DNA of 64,000 nt from Sphingomonadaceae bacterium (GCA_050261575.1 JBLNDL010000005.1:1-64000), one strand, 5' to 3'. Shown: positions 10,514 to 20,819, counted from the first letter of the stretch. Made by a program: numbers and translations. Notes: a model not told the origin generated them from the sequence alone.

Positions 10514-10646
10514 CAGCCCTCGGCAATCAGCGGTCTAGACAGTCTCAGCGGATTATACACCCGGCAAGACCGATTCCAGGGAGAAGGGTTCCGAATATGG
10601 TAAACTTGAAGGCTGCCCGCCCGCGGGGCGGCTTCCGGAGGTGTTC

Positions 10647-11435
10647 GTGAACGCACAGAGAATGGCCGAAGACGAGGCGATCGTGTTGCGCTCGCCCAGA
10701 GAGATCGAGAAGATGCGTGAGGCGGCGAGGGTCGTCGTGCTGGCGCTCAAGAAACTGAAGAAGGCGGTGAAGCCAGGGGTCACCACCAAGGAGCTGGACG
10801 ACCTGGCTGCCAGGGTGTTCCAGGAGAACGGGGCCGTGTCCGGCTCACTCAACTACCACGGCTACCCCGGCTACATCTGCGTGTCGGTAAACGAAGAGGT
10901 AGTGCACGGCATCCGCGGCAACCGCCGGCTGCAGGAGGGCGACATCGTGAAGCTGGACGTGGCGGCCTCCCTCAGGGGCTACTTCGCGGATTCCACCATG
11001 ACCTACCCGGTGGGCGAGGTCAGGCCGGAGGTGGCGCGGCTGCTGAAGGTGACCGAGCAAGCGCTGTGGCAGGGGATCGACAAGGCAAAGGCGGGAAACC
11101 GTCTCTCCGACATCTCCCACGCCATCCAGACCCACGTGGAGAAGAACGGATTCTCCATCGTCCGCGCATTTGTAGGCCATGGGGTGGGACGCAGCATGCA
11201 CGAGCCGCCGCAGGTGCCCCATTTCGGACCACCGCACCAGGGCCCGCTCCTGCGGCCCGGGATGGTGCTCGCCATCGAGCCGCAGGTCAACATGGGAACG
11301 CCGGAGATCTCCATTCTGGACGACCATTGGACCGCGGTGACCAAGGATGGCAGGTGGTCTGCTCACTTCGAGCACACCGTGGCTATCACCCCCAACGGCC
11401 CCGACGTCCTCACCCGATGGGATCAGTGGGATTAG
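10647..11435 (+). CDS. map: Type I methionine aminopeptidase
   Basis: CVSVNEEVVHGI, GDIVKLD, GHGVG..MHEPP, AIEP, SAHFEHT. Confidence 0.96.
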   Translation: MNAQRMAEDEAIVLRSPREIEKMREAARVVVLALKKLKKAVKPGVTTKELDDLAARVFQENGAVSGSLNYHGYPGYICVSVNEEVVHGIRGNRRLQEGDIVKLDVAASLRGYFADSTMTYPVGEVRPEVARLLKVTEQALWQGIDKAKAGNRLSDISHAIQTHVEKNGFSIVRAFVGHGVGRSMHEPPQVPHFGPPHQGPLLRPGMVLAIEPQVNMGTPEISILDDHWTAVTKDGRWSAHFEHTVAITPNGPDVLTRWDQWD

Positions 11436-11439
11436 AGCT

Positions 11440-11479
11440 GTAGGGGCGAAGCATTCGCGCCGAATGCCTCGCCCCTGCA
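11440..11479. repeat. GTAG-type REP-like hairpin between convergent genes (possible terminator)
   Basis: GTAGGGGCGAAGCATTCG-CGC-CGAATGCCTCGCCCCTGC. Confidence 0.65.
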
Positions 11480-11489
11480 CGTGTCGCAA

Positions 11490-13466
11490 TCACTCCGTGG
11501 CCGGCTTGGGCGGCCTGGCCTTGCCGCTCCTGACCAAGTGACGCTGGTGGAGGAATATGGCCGCTAGCAGTGCCAGCCCTCCCAGGCTGGTTTCGATCCC
11601 TGGGACTATCAGCCCCAGGGCGGCTACCAGCAAGATGATCCGCTGCCACCAGGGCACCGAGGTCATCATCCAGCCGAAGAGGCCGACGCCAAGGGCTATC
11701 ACACCAAGTATCGAGAAGACTCCTACCTCCAGCCCCGTGAAGAAGTCGTACCCCAGCAGGGTCATCTCGGGCGCGTAACACAGAACGTACGGCACCAGGT
11801 AGGCGGGTGCCGCCAGCCGGAACGCCTGCACCCCCGTCTTGGTAGGTGGCGCCCCCGCGATCCCCGCCCCCGCCATGGCAGCCAGGGCCACCGGCGGGGT
11901 GAGGTCGGCCACGATCCCGAAGTAGAACACGAATAGGTGGGCGGAGAGCAACGGCACCCCCGCCTGTACCAAGGCCGGGGCCGCGATGGTGGAAGTGACC
12001 AGGTAGTTGGCGGTAGTGGGGAGCCCCATGCCCAGGATCAGGGATGCGACCATGGTGAAGACGAGCGTCAGGAAGAGGTTTCCTCCGGCCAGGGCCACGA
12101 TGCTGTTGGCGATCTTCAGACCAGCGCCAGTGAGGGTGGCTGATCCCATGATGAAGCCGATTGCGAGGCAAGCGATGCTCACCCCCAGGGCGTCTCTGGC
12201 CCCCAACACCAATGCCTCCCAGTACTTCCTGGGATGCACCCTCGTGCTGGGCAGCAGGGCGCCAACGACTATGCTGGTGGCGATGCCGGTTACGGCAGCG
12301 TACGGCGGGGTGTAGCCGTTCATCAGCATGTAGACGACGGCGACGATGGGCAGCAGCATCGTCCCGCGCTCCTTCATCACCTTCCAAGGGCTGGGCAGCA
12401 TGTGCCGCGGCAGCCCCTCCAGGCCGGTGCGCTTGGCCTCCAGGTGGACGCCGACCAGGACGCCGGTGAAGTAGAGGACGGCAGGTATCGCCGCGGCGAT
12501 GATGATCTGGGAGTAGGGTATCCCCAGGATCTCCGACATGATGAAGGCCCCGGCACCCATCACCGGCGGCATTAGCTGCCCTCCAGTAGAGGAGGCGGCC
12601 TCGACCGCGCCCGCGAAGTAGGGCCGATAGCCGATCGACTTCATGAGGGGAATGGTGAAGGATCCGCTGCCCACCACGTTGGCCACCGAGGAGCCGTTGA
12701 TGGTGCCCTCCATGGCCGAGGCGAAGACCGCCACCTTGGCAGGCCCCCCGGAGAAGCCACCCAGCAGGGCTACCGCGATGTCGTTGAAGAACTGGCCGGT
12801 GCCCGTCCGCACCAGGAATGCGCCGAACAGGATGAACATGAAGACGTAGGTGGTGGCGACCCCCGCCGCCACACCGAAGATCCCCTCGGTAGTCAGGTAC
12901 ATGTGGCTGACCACCCGTGTGAATGGATAGCCGCGGTGGGTGAGGAAGCCCGGGACGTAGTTGCCGAAGAGGGCGTACAGGATGAAGACGGTGCAGATGA
13001 TTGTCAGCACGGGCCCGACCGCCCGGCGGCACAACTCCAGCACCAGCAGGATGGCGATACTGCCCATGATGAGGTCTGTCTGGTTGGGATTCCCCATGTT
13101 CTCGACGATGGACTCGAAGTTCACGATGATGTAGAGCCCCACCATCGCCGAGAGCCCCATCAGTATCAGGTCGTACCAGGGTGGTATGCGGCGGGTGTCC
13201 AGCTTGCCCGTGAAGCGGGCCGGGTAGAAGGCGTAGCCCAAGACGAAGACGAAGGTAAAGAAGGCGGCTCGCTGGATCGGCGCGTCGAAGAAGCCGAAAA
13301 AGGTGGTGTATAGGTGGAAGATGGACATGCCGGCAGCCACGATCGTGAGAAAGATGCCGAAGGGGCCGACGTACTTGCTGAGGCGCGAGGCGGTATCCAG
13401 TTGCGCCGTAATCCGTTCGACTTCCTCTTCAGAGACGGACTCGACCAGCGGCGGCGTTTGTGACAT
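11490..13466 (-). CDS. TRAP transporter fused 4TM/12TM permease (TAXI-associated)
   Basis: GGPAKVAV, GSSVANV, ASSTGGQLMPPVMGAGAF, GMGLPTTANY, TPPVALAA. Confidence 0.95.
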   Translation of the reverse strand: MSQTPPLVESVSEEEVERITAQLDTASRLSKYVGPFGIFLTIVAAGMSIFHLYTTFFGFFDAPIQRAAFFTFVFVLGYAFYPARFTGKLDTRRIPPWYDLILMGLSAMVGLYIIVNFESIVENMGNPNQTDLIMGSIAILLVLELCRRAVGPVLTIICTVFILYALFGNYVPGFLTHRGYPFTRVVSHMYLTTEGIFGVAAGVATTYVFMFILFGAFLVRTGTGQFFNDIAVALLGGFSGGPAKVAVFASAMEGTINGSSVANVVGSGSFTIPLMKSIGYRPYFAGAVEAASSTGGQLMPPVMGAGAFIMSEILGIPYSQIIIAAAIPAVLYFTGVLVGVHLEAKRTGLEGLPRHMLPSPWKVMKERGTMLLPIVAVVYMLMNGYTPPYAAVTGIATSIVVGALLPSTRVHPRKYWEALVLGARDALGVSIACLAIGFIMGSATLTGAGLKIANSIVALAGGNLFLTLVFTMVASLILGMGLPTTANYLVTSTIAAPALVQAGVPLLSAHLFVFYFGIVADLTPPVALAAMAGAGIAGAPPTKTGVQAFRLAAPAYLVPYVLCYAPEMTLLGYDFFTGLEVGVFSILGVIALGVGLFGWMMTSVPWWQRIILLVAALGLIVPGIETSLGGLALLAAIFLHQRHLVRSGKARPPKPATE

Positions 13467-13559
13467 GCTCCTCTCCTTTGGATGGATCGATGATCCGCGG
13501 CGCGATCATGCCATTGCGGCTGACCCGTACAGACTGCAGACAACTGCAGGCCAACCCAA

Positions 13560-13625
13560 GCAGGCACCTCTAGTTCGTGTCAGCTTCTCTCGAGTGAAAC
13601 GTGTACCCTATCCAGAGATACCTGC
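13560..13625. repeat. 66-bp terminal-inverted-repeat element, copy 2
   Basis: GCAGGCACCTCTAGTTCGTGTCAGCTTCTCT...GAAACGTGTAC...GAGATACCTGC, colinear with 1378-1443. Confidence 0.8.
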
Positions 13626-13637
13626 TAAGGCGGGGCG

Positions 13638-14300
13638 TCAGGCGCCCAGGCTCAGCCATGCGGCCACGCGCGGGCGGCTGGCCGCCTCGATCACCAACAG
13701 GGTCATCGGGGTGGCGAGGGAATCGAGGCGGAACTCCTCCGATCCCACCTTCAACGTCTGCTCTGCGGTGAACGCCACCCTAACCCGCATGACGGGTAGA
13801 TCCCGCGCCATGTTGACGATCCGGAACTTATCGTTCTCGTCATCGAAGACGAAATCGCCGTCCAGGACATCCGACGGAAGCCCCACGCCCAGCATATCGT
13901 AGGCGGTCTCTCGCACCACAAGGCGGCCGTCCGAGGTCACTTCCAGGATCTCTTCCACCGGTCTCTTCTGCACCGAGTGCAGATAGGTGTAAGTGAACCT
14001 GTCGCCCGGGTTCACGCGCATGGTCTTCACCACTGGCCCGCCTTCGCCCCGATGGATCTCCAGGGCCATAGTGGGCCAGAACAGCCACACCACCACGGCC
14101 ACCACGGCCAGGGCCGTCGTCGCGGCCGGCGCAGAGAGTCGACGACCGATGAAAGGGATCGCCCATCGCTCGAGATGGGGCGAGCGCTGCGATGGCAACG
14201 AGACTGTCCTTCTAGACTGTGTATGCCCCAGGCGATCCGGTGCTGCCGACGGATCGCCTGGGGCCAGCATCTGCATGGGGGGGCGAGCAGACCTCGCCAC
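13638..14300 (-). CDS. DUF1850-like TAXI-TRAP accessory protein (start uncertain)
   Basis: TM helix then FTYTYLHSVQKRPVEE...GVGLPS; lies between the TAXI receptor and permease genes. Confidence 0.8.
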   Translation of the reverse strand: MARSARPPMQMLAPGDPSAAPDRLGHTQSRRTVSLPSQRSPHLERWAIPFIGRRLSAPAATTALAVVAVVVWLFWPTMALEIHRGEGGPVVKTMRVNPGDRFTYTYLHSVQKRPVEEILEVTSDGRLVVRETAYDMLGVGLPSDVLDGDFVFDDENDKFRIVNMARDLPVMRVRVAFTAEQTLKVGSEEFRLDSLATPMTLLVIEAASRPRVAAWLSLGA

Positions 14301-14309
14301 CGCACCCTT

Positions 14310-15413
14310 CTACTTGATGACGCCGATCTCCTTGTAGTACTTCTCGGCGCCGGGATGCAGCGGTGCGGTCAGACCCTTGACTGCCGACTCCTTGGAGAGC
14401 TCCTTGCCCTTGGCGTGCGCCTGAGCAAGCTCCGGCTGCTTCTCGATCAGGGTCTTGGTCAGCCAGTAGACCAGGTCGGTGTCCAGGTCCTCTCGCGCCA
14501 CCAGCATCGCCTGGACCGCGATCGTCGGAACGTCGGCCTCGATGCCCTTGTAGGCGCCCTTCGGGACAGTGGTGGGCACGAAGAACTTGTACTTGTCCAT
14601 CGCCTTCTTCGCCTCGTCACCGGTGACCGGCAGGATGTTGATTTCCAGCGCGGTCGTGACGTCGGTGATGGCCGACGTGGGCACGCCGCCGGTGACGGCG
14701 AAGCCGTCCATCTGGCGGTCCTTCATGGCGGCCGCCGCCTCAGCGTAGGACAGGTAAGCAGCCTTCCCGAGGTCTTTGTAGGTTATGCCGTTGGCCTCGA
14801 GGATCTGGCGAGTGTTGGCCTCGGTCCCCGAGGCGGCCGCCCCCACCACGAACCGCTTGCCCTTCAACTCGGCCATGGACTTTATGTCGGGGGTCACTAC
14901 CCATTGCACTACCTCAGGGTAGAGAGCGGCGACTGCCCGGAAGTTGGTGATCTTCTCCTTGAACATCTCGGTGCCGTTCATGGAGTAGTCGGCGATGTCG
15001 TTCTGGGTGATCGCCAACTCAACCTGCTTGTTGCCTAGCAGCCGCTGGTTCTCCACCGCTGCTCCGGTGGTCTCCGCCGTCACGGTCACACCCTTGATGT
15101 TCTTGGACCACAAGCCCGCGATGGCCCCACCGTAAGGGTAGTAGGTCCCGGCGGTGCCGCCCGTGGCCATGGACATCTTGTACTCCTTGGTCAGGGCGGG
15201 GACGCCGGCTGCGGGCGCGGCAGCCTTGGTCGGCGCAGCCGTGGCCGCTCCGGAGGGGGCGGTGGTAGCAGCAGCGGGAGCCTTGGTGGCCTCAGCCGGC
15301 TTGGCCGGTGGCTGGGTAGCAGCAGGCGCGGCGCCACCCCCGCAAGCCGTGGCCGCGAGAGCCACTGCCAGCAGTGCCATCCAAAGGTAACGTAGAACGT
15401 GAAGCCTTCTCAT
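14310..15413 (-). CDS. TAXI-family TRAP solute-binding lipoprotein
   Basis: Lipobox ATAC, Pro/Ala/Thr linker, ATGGTAGTYYPYG, LYPE, SGTE, PLHPGAEKYYKE. Confidence 0.95.
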   Translation of the reverse strand: MRRLHVLRYLWMALLAVALAATACGGGAAPAATQPPAKPAEATKAPAAATTAPSGAATAAPTKAAAPAAGVPALTKEYKMSMATGGTAGTYYPYGGAIAGLWSKNIKGVTVTAETTGAAVENQRLLGNKQVELAITQNDIADYSMNGTEMFKEKITNFRAVAALYPEVVQWVVTPDIKSMAELKGKRFVVGAAASGTEANTRQILEANGITYKDLGKAAYLSYAEAAAAMKDRQMDGFAVTGGVPTSAITDVTTALEINILPVTGDEAKKAMDKYKFFVPTTVPKGAYKGIEADVPTIAVQAMLVAREDLDTDLVYWLTKTLIEKQPELAQAHAKGKELSKESAVKGLTAPLHPGAEKYYKEIGVIK

Positions 15414-16021
15414 CTGACTTCTTTCCTCCTCACTGGATCCGAGAGGGAGTAACCGAGGCAACAGATAGCGACCTGGAAAGCCCGAGTATTCCCACCTCCT
15501 TTCCTACCCGAGTCTATCCCGCATGTGGGGCGTGGCCTGCGACGAGGGTCCGATAGGTCGAACTCGCGGGCTCGCAAAGGCGCCTCCAGGGCGCCACAAA
15601 GTTGCGTCGAGGGAATCTCCGCCGCGGCTCTGCACTTCTGCGTTGCCGCAACGTCGATCGCCAACCGTCGGCGACATCTGATCCCCCGAAGCACAGGCGC
15701 AGCGGTCGATATCCCGCCAAGCTGACCCTGACAGCTTGGCGGGAGCGGATCGGCGCGTCCAAGGACCGGTCTGCTGCACGAGGAACCTGGGCGAGCGAGG
15801 CATGCCCATCGAGCGCAGTCTACCGATGGCCACATGCCTTGTCAACCAATTGCGCGGCGGACGCACCGCCACGAATGCCGGCGCCACCCTCGAAATCCAG
15901 GCACGAGGGGGGAAGGGGCCCACCGAGGGGACAAGTGAAGCAGCCCAAGCACTCGGGTGTGGGGGGGTCAAGACGCCCCCACACGAGGCTGCATGCCCTC
16001 CATAGTGAGAAGGACGAACGA

Positions 16022-16104
16022 ATCCGCAGATGTCGCAGATCGACGCAGAGGATCGCGTCCGGATCGAGATCCGCGGCCATCTGCGTGCATCTGCGGATCG
16101 GTTC
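16022..16104. repeat. Palindromic GCAGAT-periodic intergenic repeat, copy 2
   Basis: Same arms as 7071-7154 with a different spacer. Confidence 0.85.
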
Positions 16105-16132
16105 CGTCAGCTACTGGCAGTAGACCATCCCC

Positions 16133-17515
16133 CTACGCGTACAGATCCGCCCGGCTCATGGGCAGATCGCTGCGCCCGTCGCGCCCGGGCTTGCTCAGGA
16201 GGGATTGGTGCACGCTCAGCCGGGCGGTGCTGAAGGCATGGGAGCAGCCTGCCATGTAGAGCCGCCACACCCGGTAGGTCCTCTCGTCGACGTGCCGCAG
16301 CGCCTCTTCCCTATTGGCCTCCAGCCGGTGCACCCAATGGCGCAAAGTGAGGGCGTAGTGCTCCCTCAGGCTCTCCACGTCCCGCACCTCGAAGCCAGCC
16401 CGCTCGGCTGCCCCCAACATCTCCCCCAAAGGCACCAGCTCACCGTCCGGGAAGACGTACCGGCGAAGGAATGCCCCTCGCTGGAACACGTACCGATCCA
16501 GCGGATTGAAGGACCCCGGATCCCTGGCCGCGGAGGTGATTCCATGGTTGAGGAAGAGGCCGCCAGGCTTCAATGCGGACCAGGCCACCTGGAAGTACTC
16601 CGGGAGCTTCTTGCTGCCGACGTGCTCCACCATCCCAACGCTGACGATCTTGTCGAACGTCTCGCTGCCCTCCACGTCCCGGTAGTCCATCACCACCGCC
16701 CGCGCCCGGTCCGCCAGGCCCGCATCCGCGATCCTGCGGTTGGCCAGCTCCGCCTGGGGTTCGCTGAGGGTGATCCCGGTAGCCCTGACGCCGAACTTCT
16801 CGGCAGCGTAGGTGATCAGCGCCCCCCAACCGCAGCCGATGTCCAGCAGCCGCTCGCCGGGCTTCAACCTCAGCTTCCGGCAGATATGCTCCAGCTTCGC
16901 CTCCTGGGCAGAGTCCAGATCCTCCTCTCCAGTTGGAAAGTACCCACAGGAGTAGACCATCCTCCGGTCGAGGAACAGCCGAAAGAACTCGTTGCCGACA
17001 TCGTAGTGATAGGTCACGGCCAGCCGGTCCCGCTCCTTGGAGTGCTCGCGGCCCTTCAGTTCGACCCGACGCCGTGCCGCGAAGAACCGGCCCTTGCCAT
17101 CACCCTCGCCGTCCCCATCCCTGCCGGGCAGCGCAACTATCTGGCGCACGATAGAGAGGAGCTCGCCCGGCCCCATCGCGAGCTTCTCGAACGCGTCGCC
17201 CAGCCGCATGGCTGCGAGGACGTCCCCCTCCAGATCCCACTCGTTGTCCAGGTAGGCTTCACCCAACGACAGCTCGTTGGGGGGCAGCAGCATCCGCCTG
17301 AGCGCGGTGGGGCGATTGAGCACTAGAGTGAACCGGGTCTCCTCACCGGGATCAGCGGGGACCAGGGTGCCATCCCACAACCGCAGCGCAAAATCGCGCC
17401 TTCCATAGTGGGCGAACACCCGGTTGAGGACTGCCAGGGTTGCGGCTGTATCGTGGAGATTTCCAGTGACTCTCGGGGAGTCAGTGGGTCGGTTGGTAGT
17501 GGTTGAGACCGTCAT
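16133..17515 (-). CDS. cfa: Cyclopropane-fatty-acyl-phospholipid synthase family methyltransferase
   Basis: HYDVGNEFF, MVYSCGYF, AQEAKL, LLDIGCGWG, SVGMVEHVG, YVFPDG, HYALTL. Confidence 0.92.
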   Translation of the reverse strand: MTVSTTTNRPTDSPRVTGNLHDTAATLAVLNRVFAHYGRRDFALRLWDGTLVPADPGEETRFTLVLNRPTALRRMLLPPNELSLGEAYLDNEWDLEGDVLAAMRLGDAFEKLAMGPGELLSIVRQIVALPGRDGDGEGDGKGRFFAARRRVELKGREHSKERDRLAVTYHYDVGNEFFRLFLDRRMVYSCGYFPTGEEDLDSAQEAKLEHICRKLRLKPGERLLDIGCGWGALITYAAEKFGVRATGITLSEPQAELANRRIADAGLADRARAVVMDYRDVEGSETFDKIVSVGMVEHVGSKKLPEYFQVAWSALKPGGLFLNHGITSAARDPGSFNPLDRYVFQRGAFLRRYVFPDGELVPLGEMLGAAERAGFEVRDVESLREHYALTLRHWVHRLEANREEALRHVDERTYRVWRLYMAGCSHAFSTARLSVHQSLLSKPGRDGRSDLPMSRADLYA

Positions 17516-17768
17516 CTCGTCGCTCCCTTCCTGATCGTACGAAAGCTCACTCGGCGAGGGAACGCGACGATGCGCCTCTCGCACCGGCTTTCGCCTACTG
17601 CTTCTTCGTTGAAGCATGGCCTCAAGAGGCAGCTTGTACGGCGAATATAATACTACGGTAGCGCAACCAGATACCCGAGATCCCGCTGGCCGACCTCGCA
17701 AAACGGTGAAGGGGCGGCCCAATGGACCGTCCCTTCACGCGTTGCTCTGTGGCCCGCTAGGGCCCGGG

Positions 17769-19043
17769 CTACCGGCGTCCCCCTCGGGAGTTAGCACTCC
17801 TGCCAGCGTCGTCCTTCGCCCCCTTCCCGTCGGGGCCGTCTTCCGCCCTGCTATCCTCCGACTGTCGGTTCCCGCGGCCGGAGTCCCGTTCCTTCACATC
17901 GCGGCGCGGCTGCTCGGTCGGTGACGCGGCCGTGGGCTGCGGGGTGGGTTCCGCCACGCCCGCGCTTTCTCGCTCCGGCGCCCGCGCTTCCTCCACCTTC
18001 CCCTCCCCGGCGTTCCCTCGACCCCGGGCATTCGTCTCTTCCGGCAGACCTCTCCCCTCCGGGGGCGCCCCGGTGGGTGCATCCACGACCCTTCTATCCT
18101 GCTTTTTCTGCTCCTTGCCCCGCTCCCCGCTCACACCCTCCGAGGGCTGCTTCTCTTGAGGTGTGGCCGTCGGCGCAGCACGTCGGCTCTCCCCCCTCGA
18201 GGATCCCCTCACCTCTGCTGGATCGGGTTTGCCCGGAGGAGTCGCACCGGCCTGATCCGATCCCTCGGAAGCGGGCACGGGGCGCGGCGTTCCCTTTGCC
18301 TTGGGGGCGCCATCCTCCTTCTCGTCGCCTGGTGACGTTCCCCGCTTCGACGCCTCCATGGCGTGGAGGACTGCCGGTTGGGCCGCCGCCGGAAGCTTGG
18401 TGTACACCCTGGATAACACCTCCTGCTGGCGGCTCAGCGATTCCCGAAGCGTGGTTGCCGTCTCCGGCTCGGCCTGGGTCTGGCCCAGGGCGCTCTCGAC
18501 CCGCTCCTCGTACAGGGCCAGCCCCTGCTGAACCGCCTCGAGCTTCCCCTGCTGCGCGGCAGCTTCCACCTCCGCCAACCTCCTGTCGGCGAACTGCATC
18601 TCCATCTCCGCCCGGCGTTGGGGGTCGGGCGTCAGCGCCAGTTGGACGCCTTCCACCGCCAGCTTGACAGGATAAAGGGGTTCCGCGGGAAGGCTTCCGG
18701 CCGAGGCAACCATTGTGCCGCCCATCAGCAGGGTCGCCGCTGCGAGGCCCGCCGCCAGTCGGGCGAAGGGGGTCGGTCGAAGAAGGACCCGGCCCATTTC
18801 CCACGCCAACCAGCGAGGGCCGGCCACTCTACTCCGATCGGCAAAGACTGGGCGTCGGGAGCCTCTCAGCCTCTCCGGGGCCGTGGGCTTGGGAATGGAG
18901 CGCAACTCCTGCCCAAGCGCCAGAAGCGGCTGCAACTCCGCTCTCAGCTCCGGATAGGCTCCCAGAGCCTCCTCCAGCGTCGCCTCACCGCGCTCCAGCT
19001 TCTCCAGGCAATCGGCCAGAGCCAACTCGATGTCCACGGACAC
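17769..19043 (-). CDS. Putative anti-sigma factor (DUF5667-like) with disordered C-terminus
   Basis: CLEKLERGEATLEEALGAYPE N-domain, TM, SLPAEPLYPVKLAVE; directly downstream of the ECF sigma gene. Confidence 0.8.
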   Translation of the reverse strand: MSVDIELALADCLEKLERGEATLEEALGAYPELRAELQPLLALGQELRSIPKPTAPERLRGSRRPVFADRSRVAGPRWLAWEMGRVLLRPTPFARLAAGLAAATLLMGGTMVASAGSLPAEPLYPVKLAVEGVQLALTPDPQRRAEMEMQFADRRLAEVEAAAQQGKLEAVQQGLALYEERVESALGQTQAEPETATTLRESLSRQQEVLSRVYTKLPAAAQPAVLHAMEASKRGTSPGDEKEDGAPKAKGTPRPVPASEGSDQAGATPPGKPDPAEVRGSSRGESRRAAPTATPQEKQPSEGVSGERGKEQKKQDRRVVDAPTGAPPEGRGLPEETNARGRGNAGEGKVEEARAPERESAGVAEPTPQPTAASPTEQPRRDVKERDSGRGNRQSEDSRAEDGPDGKGAKDDAGRSANSRGGRR

Positions 19044-19047
19044 CCTC

Positions 19048-19623
19048 TCAACCCTCTCGCGCCAGAATCCTTCTCAGCGCCGCCAGGCCCCGATGCTGAA
19101 TCACCCTCAGCGCCCCCTGGCTCTTGCCCATGATCTCGGCCACCTGTGAGTAATCCATCTCCTCGATGAAGCGGAGCACGATCACCGAACGCTGCTCCTC
19201 CGGCAGGCCCCGGATGGCTGACTCGAGATCCCTCAGCCGCTCCCCTCGCAGATACTCGCCCTGGGGATCCGGCTCCTGGGACACCAGACTCTCGTCCAGT
19301 TCTCCTCGAGGCTTCGCCGTCCGATAGTGATCGATAACCGCGTTCCGGGCCAGCCGCATCAGCCAGTGGGAGAAGGGTATCTCGCGCCACTGGTACCGAG
19401 GCATCGCCTCCCACGCCTTCAAAAAGATCTGACTGGTCAGGTCCTCGGCCTCGGCGGCGTCGCTCACCTTGTAGTAGACGTACCGGTAAACGGTGTCCAG
19501 GTGCAGATCGTACAGCTTGCCAAAGGCTTCGCCGTCGCCACGGCAAGCCCGCCGCACCAGGAGCTCCAACTCCCTCCGTGCTTCGTGCAAGTCTTCTACC
19601 GAGATCTGGTGGCCTTCACCCAT
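19048..19623 (-). CDS. ECF RNA polymerase sigma factor
   Basis: GDGEAFGKLYD, AEDLTSQIFLKAW, FSHWLMRLARN, LPEEQRSVIVLRF, QHRGL. Confidence 0.95.
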   Translation of the reverse strand: MGEGHQISVEDLHEARRELELLVRRACRGDGEAFGKLYDLHLDTVYRYVYYKVSDAAEAEDLTSQIFLKAWEAMPRYQWREIPFSHWLMRLARNAVIDHYRTAKPRGELDESLVSQEPDPQGEYLRGERLRDLESAIRGLPEEQRSVIVLRFIEEMDYSQVAEIMGKSQGALRVIQHRGLAALRRILAREG

Positions 19624-19624
19624 T

Positions 19625-19652
19625 AGAACGCCCTTAGTGCAGGGTTGTTACA
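19625..19652 (-). promoter_or_regulatory. Putative autoregulatory ECF promoter TGTAAC-N16-CGTT
   Basis: Minus strand reads TGTAACaaccctgcactaagggCGTTCT immediately before the sigma ORF. Confidence 0.6.
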
Positions 19653-19784
19653 GGTTGAGGAGGGTTGATCTTGAGGATTCGTAGTGCCAATCTAGTAACA
19701 TTAGCCACCGTTGTCCATGCGCAATAAGTACTACCACCCGGCTGGCCCGCCCTTTGCACTTCTTTTCATGGAGGAGACTTGCAG

Positions 19785-20819
19785 ATGAGAATCGGCGTAC
19801 TGGGCCCTATCTCGTGGCGTGTTCCCCCAAGACACTACGGCGGTTGGGAGTTGGTCACGCACAACCTGGTGGAGGGATTGGTCGCCCGAGGCCACCAGGT
19901 GACCCTCTTCGCCACCGCCGATTCCGAGACCAGCGCCAGACTGCTCAGCGTCTGCCCGAGGCCGCTGTCCGAGGATCCGACCCTTTCCCCCCGGATGTAC
20001 GAAACGCTGCACACCGCTCTTGCTTTCGAACACGCGCGGGAGTTCGATCTGATCCACAACCATCTCGGATGCTACCCCGTCTGCTACTCCCGGTTGATAC
20101 CGGTGCCGCTGATCACCACCCTCCACGGCTCGGGCGCCGAGGATCACAGCCGCATCATCTACTCGCGATACCGGGACTCCCACTACGTCTCCATCACCGA
20201 CGCGGAGCGTCGGTTGACACCGGAGCTGAACTACGTTGGCACAGTCTACAACGGCATAGACTTGGGGGCTTTCGATTTCAGTCCCACGCCGGGGAGCTAC
20301 CTGCTGGTGATGGGCAGGATGTCGCCGGATAAGGGGATCCACTCCGCCATCGCCATAGCCCAGCGATCCGGGATGCGGCTGATCCTGGCGGGCATCATAC
20401 CCCCCGAGAACGAGGAGTACTTCGAGACGCAGGTGAGGCCCCATCTGAGGAGGGGCTTCATCGACTTCGTCGGGCCCGCCGACCACGCCCGCAAGAACCA
20501 GTTGCTGAAGGGAGCCTACGCCCTACTGCACATGATCACCTACCACGAGGCGTTCGGTCTGACGATGGTGGAGTCGATGGCCTGCGGCACCCCGGTTATC
20601 GCCGTGCCGATGGGGTCCGTTCCGGAGTTGGTGGTGAACGGGGAAACCGGATTCTGGGCCGACGACGTGGAGGAGGCGGCCCGGCTGCTGCCGAGGGTCG
20701 CCCGTCTGGACAGGATTCGCTGCCGGCAGTGGGTGGAGGAGAGGTTCGGAGTAGACCAGATGGTGGAGGGCTATCTGCGGGTGTACGAAAGGGTGCTCCA
20801 CGCGAGGACTGAGGGCTGA
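19785..20819 (+). CDS. Glycosyltransferase family 4
   Basis: VPPRHYGGWE, GHQVTLFA, GRMSPDKG, EAFGLTMVESMACGTPVI. Confidence 0.93.
   Translation: MRIGVLGPISWRVPPRHYGGWELVTHNLVEGLVARGHQVTLFATADSETSARLLSVCPRPLSEDPTLSPRMYETLHTALAFEHAREFDLIHNHLGCYPVCYSRLIPVPLITTLHGSGAEDHSRIIYSRYRDSHYVSITDAERRLTPELNYVGTVYNGIDLGAFDFSPTPGSYLLVMGRMSPDKGIHSAIAIAQRSGMRLILAGIIPPENEEYFETQVRPHLRRGFIDFVGPADHARKNQLLKGAYALLHMITYHEAFGLTMVESMACGTPVIAVPMGSVPELVVNGETGFWADDVEEAARLLPRVARLDRIRCRQWVEERFGVDQMVEGYLRVYERVLHARTEG

Noticed and set aside
15414..16020. Coding genes in the TAXI-cfa intergenic region
   Set aside because: Overlapping ORFs lack an RBS and motifs; probably a regulatory region plus repeats
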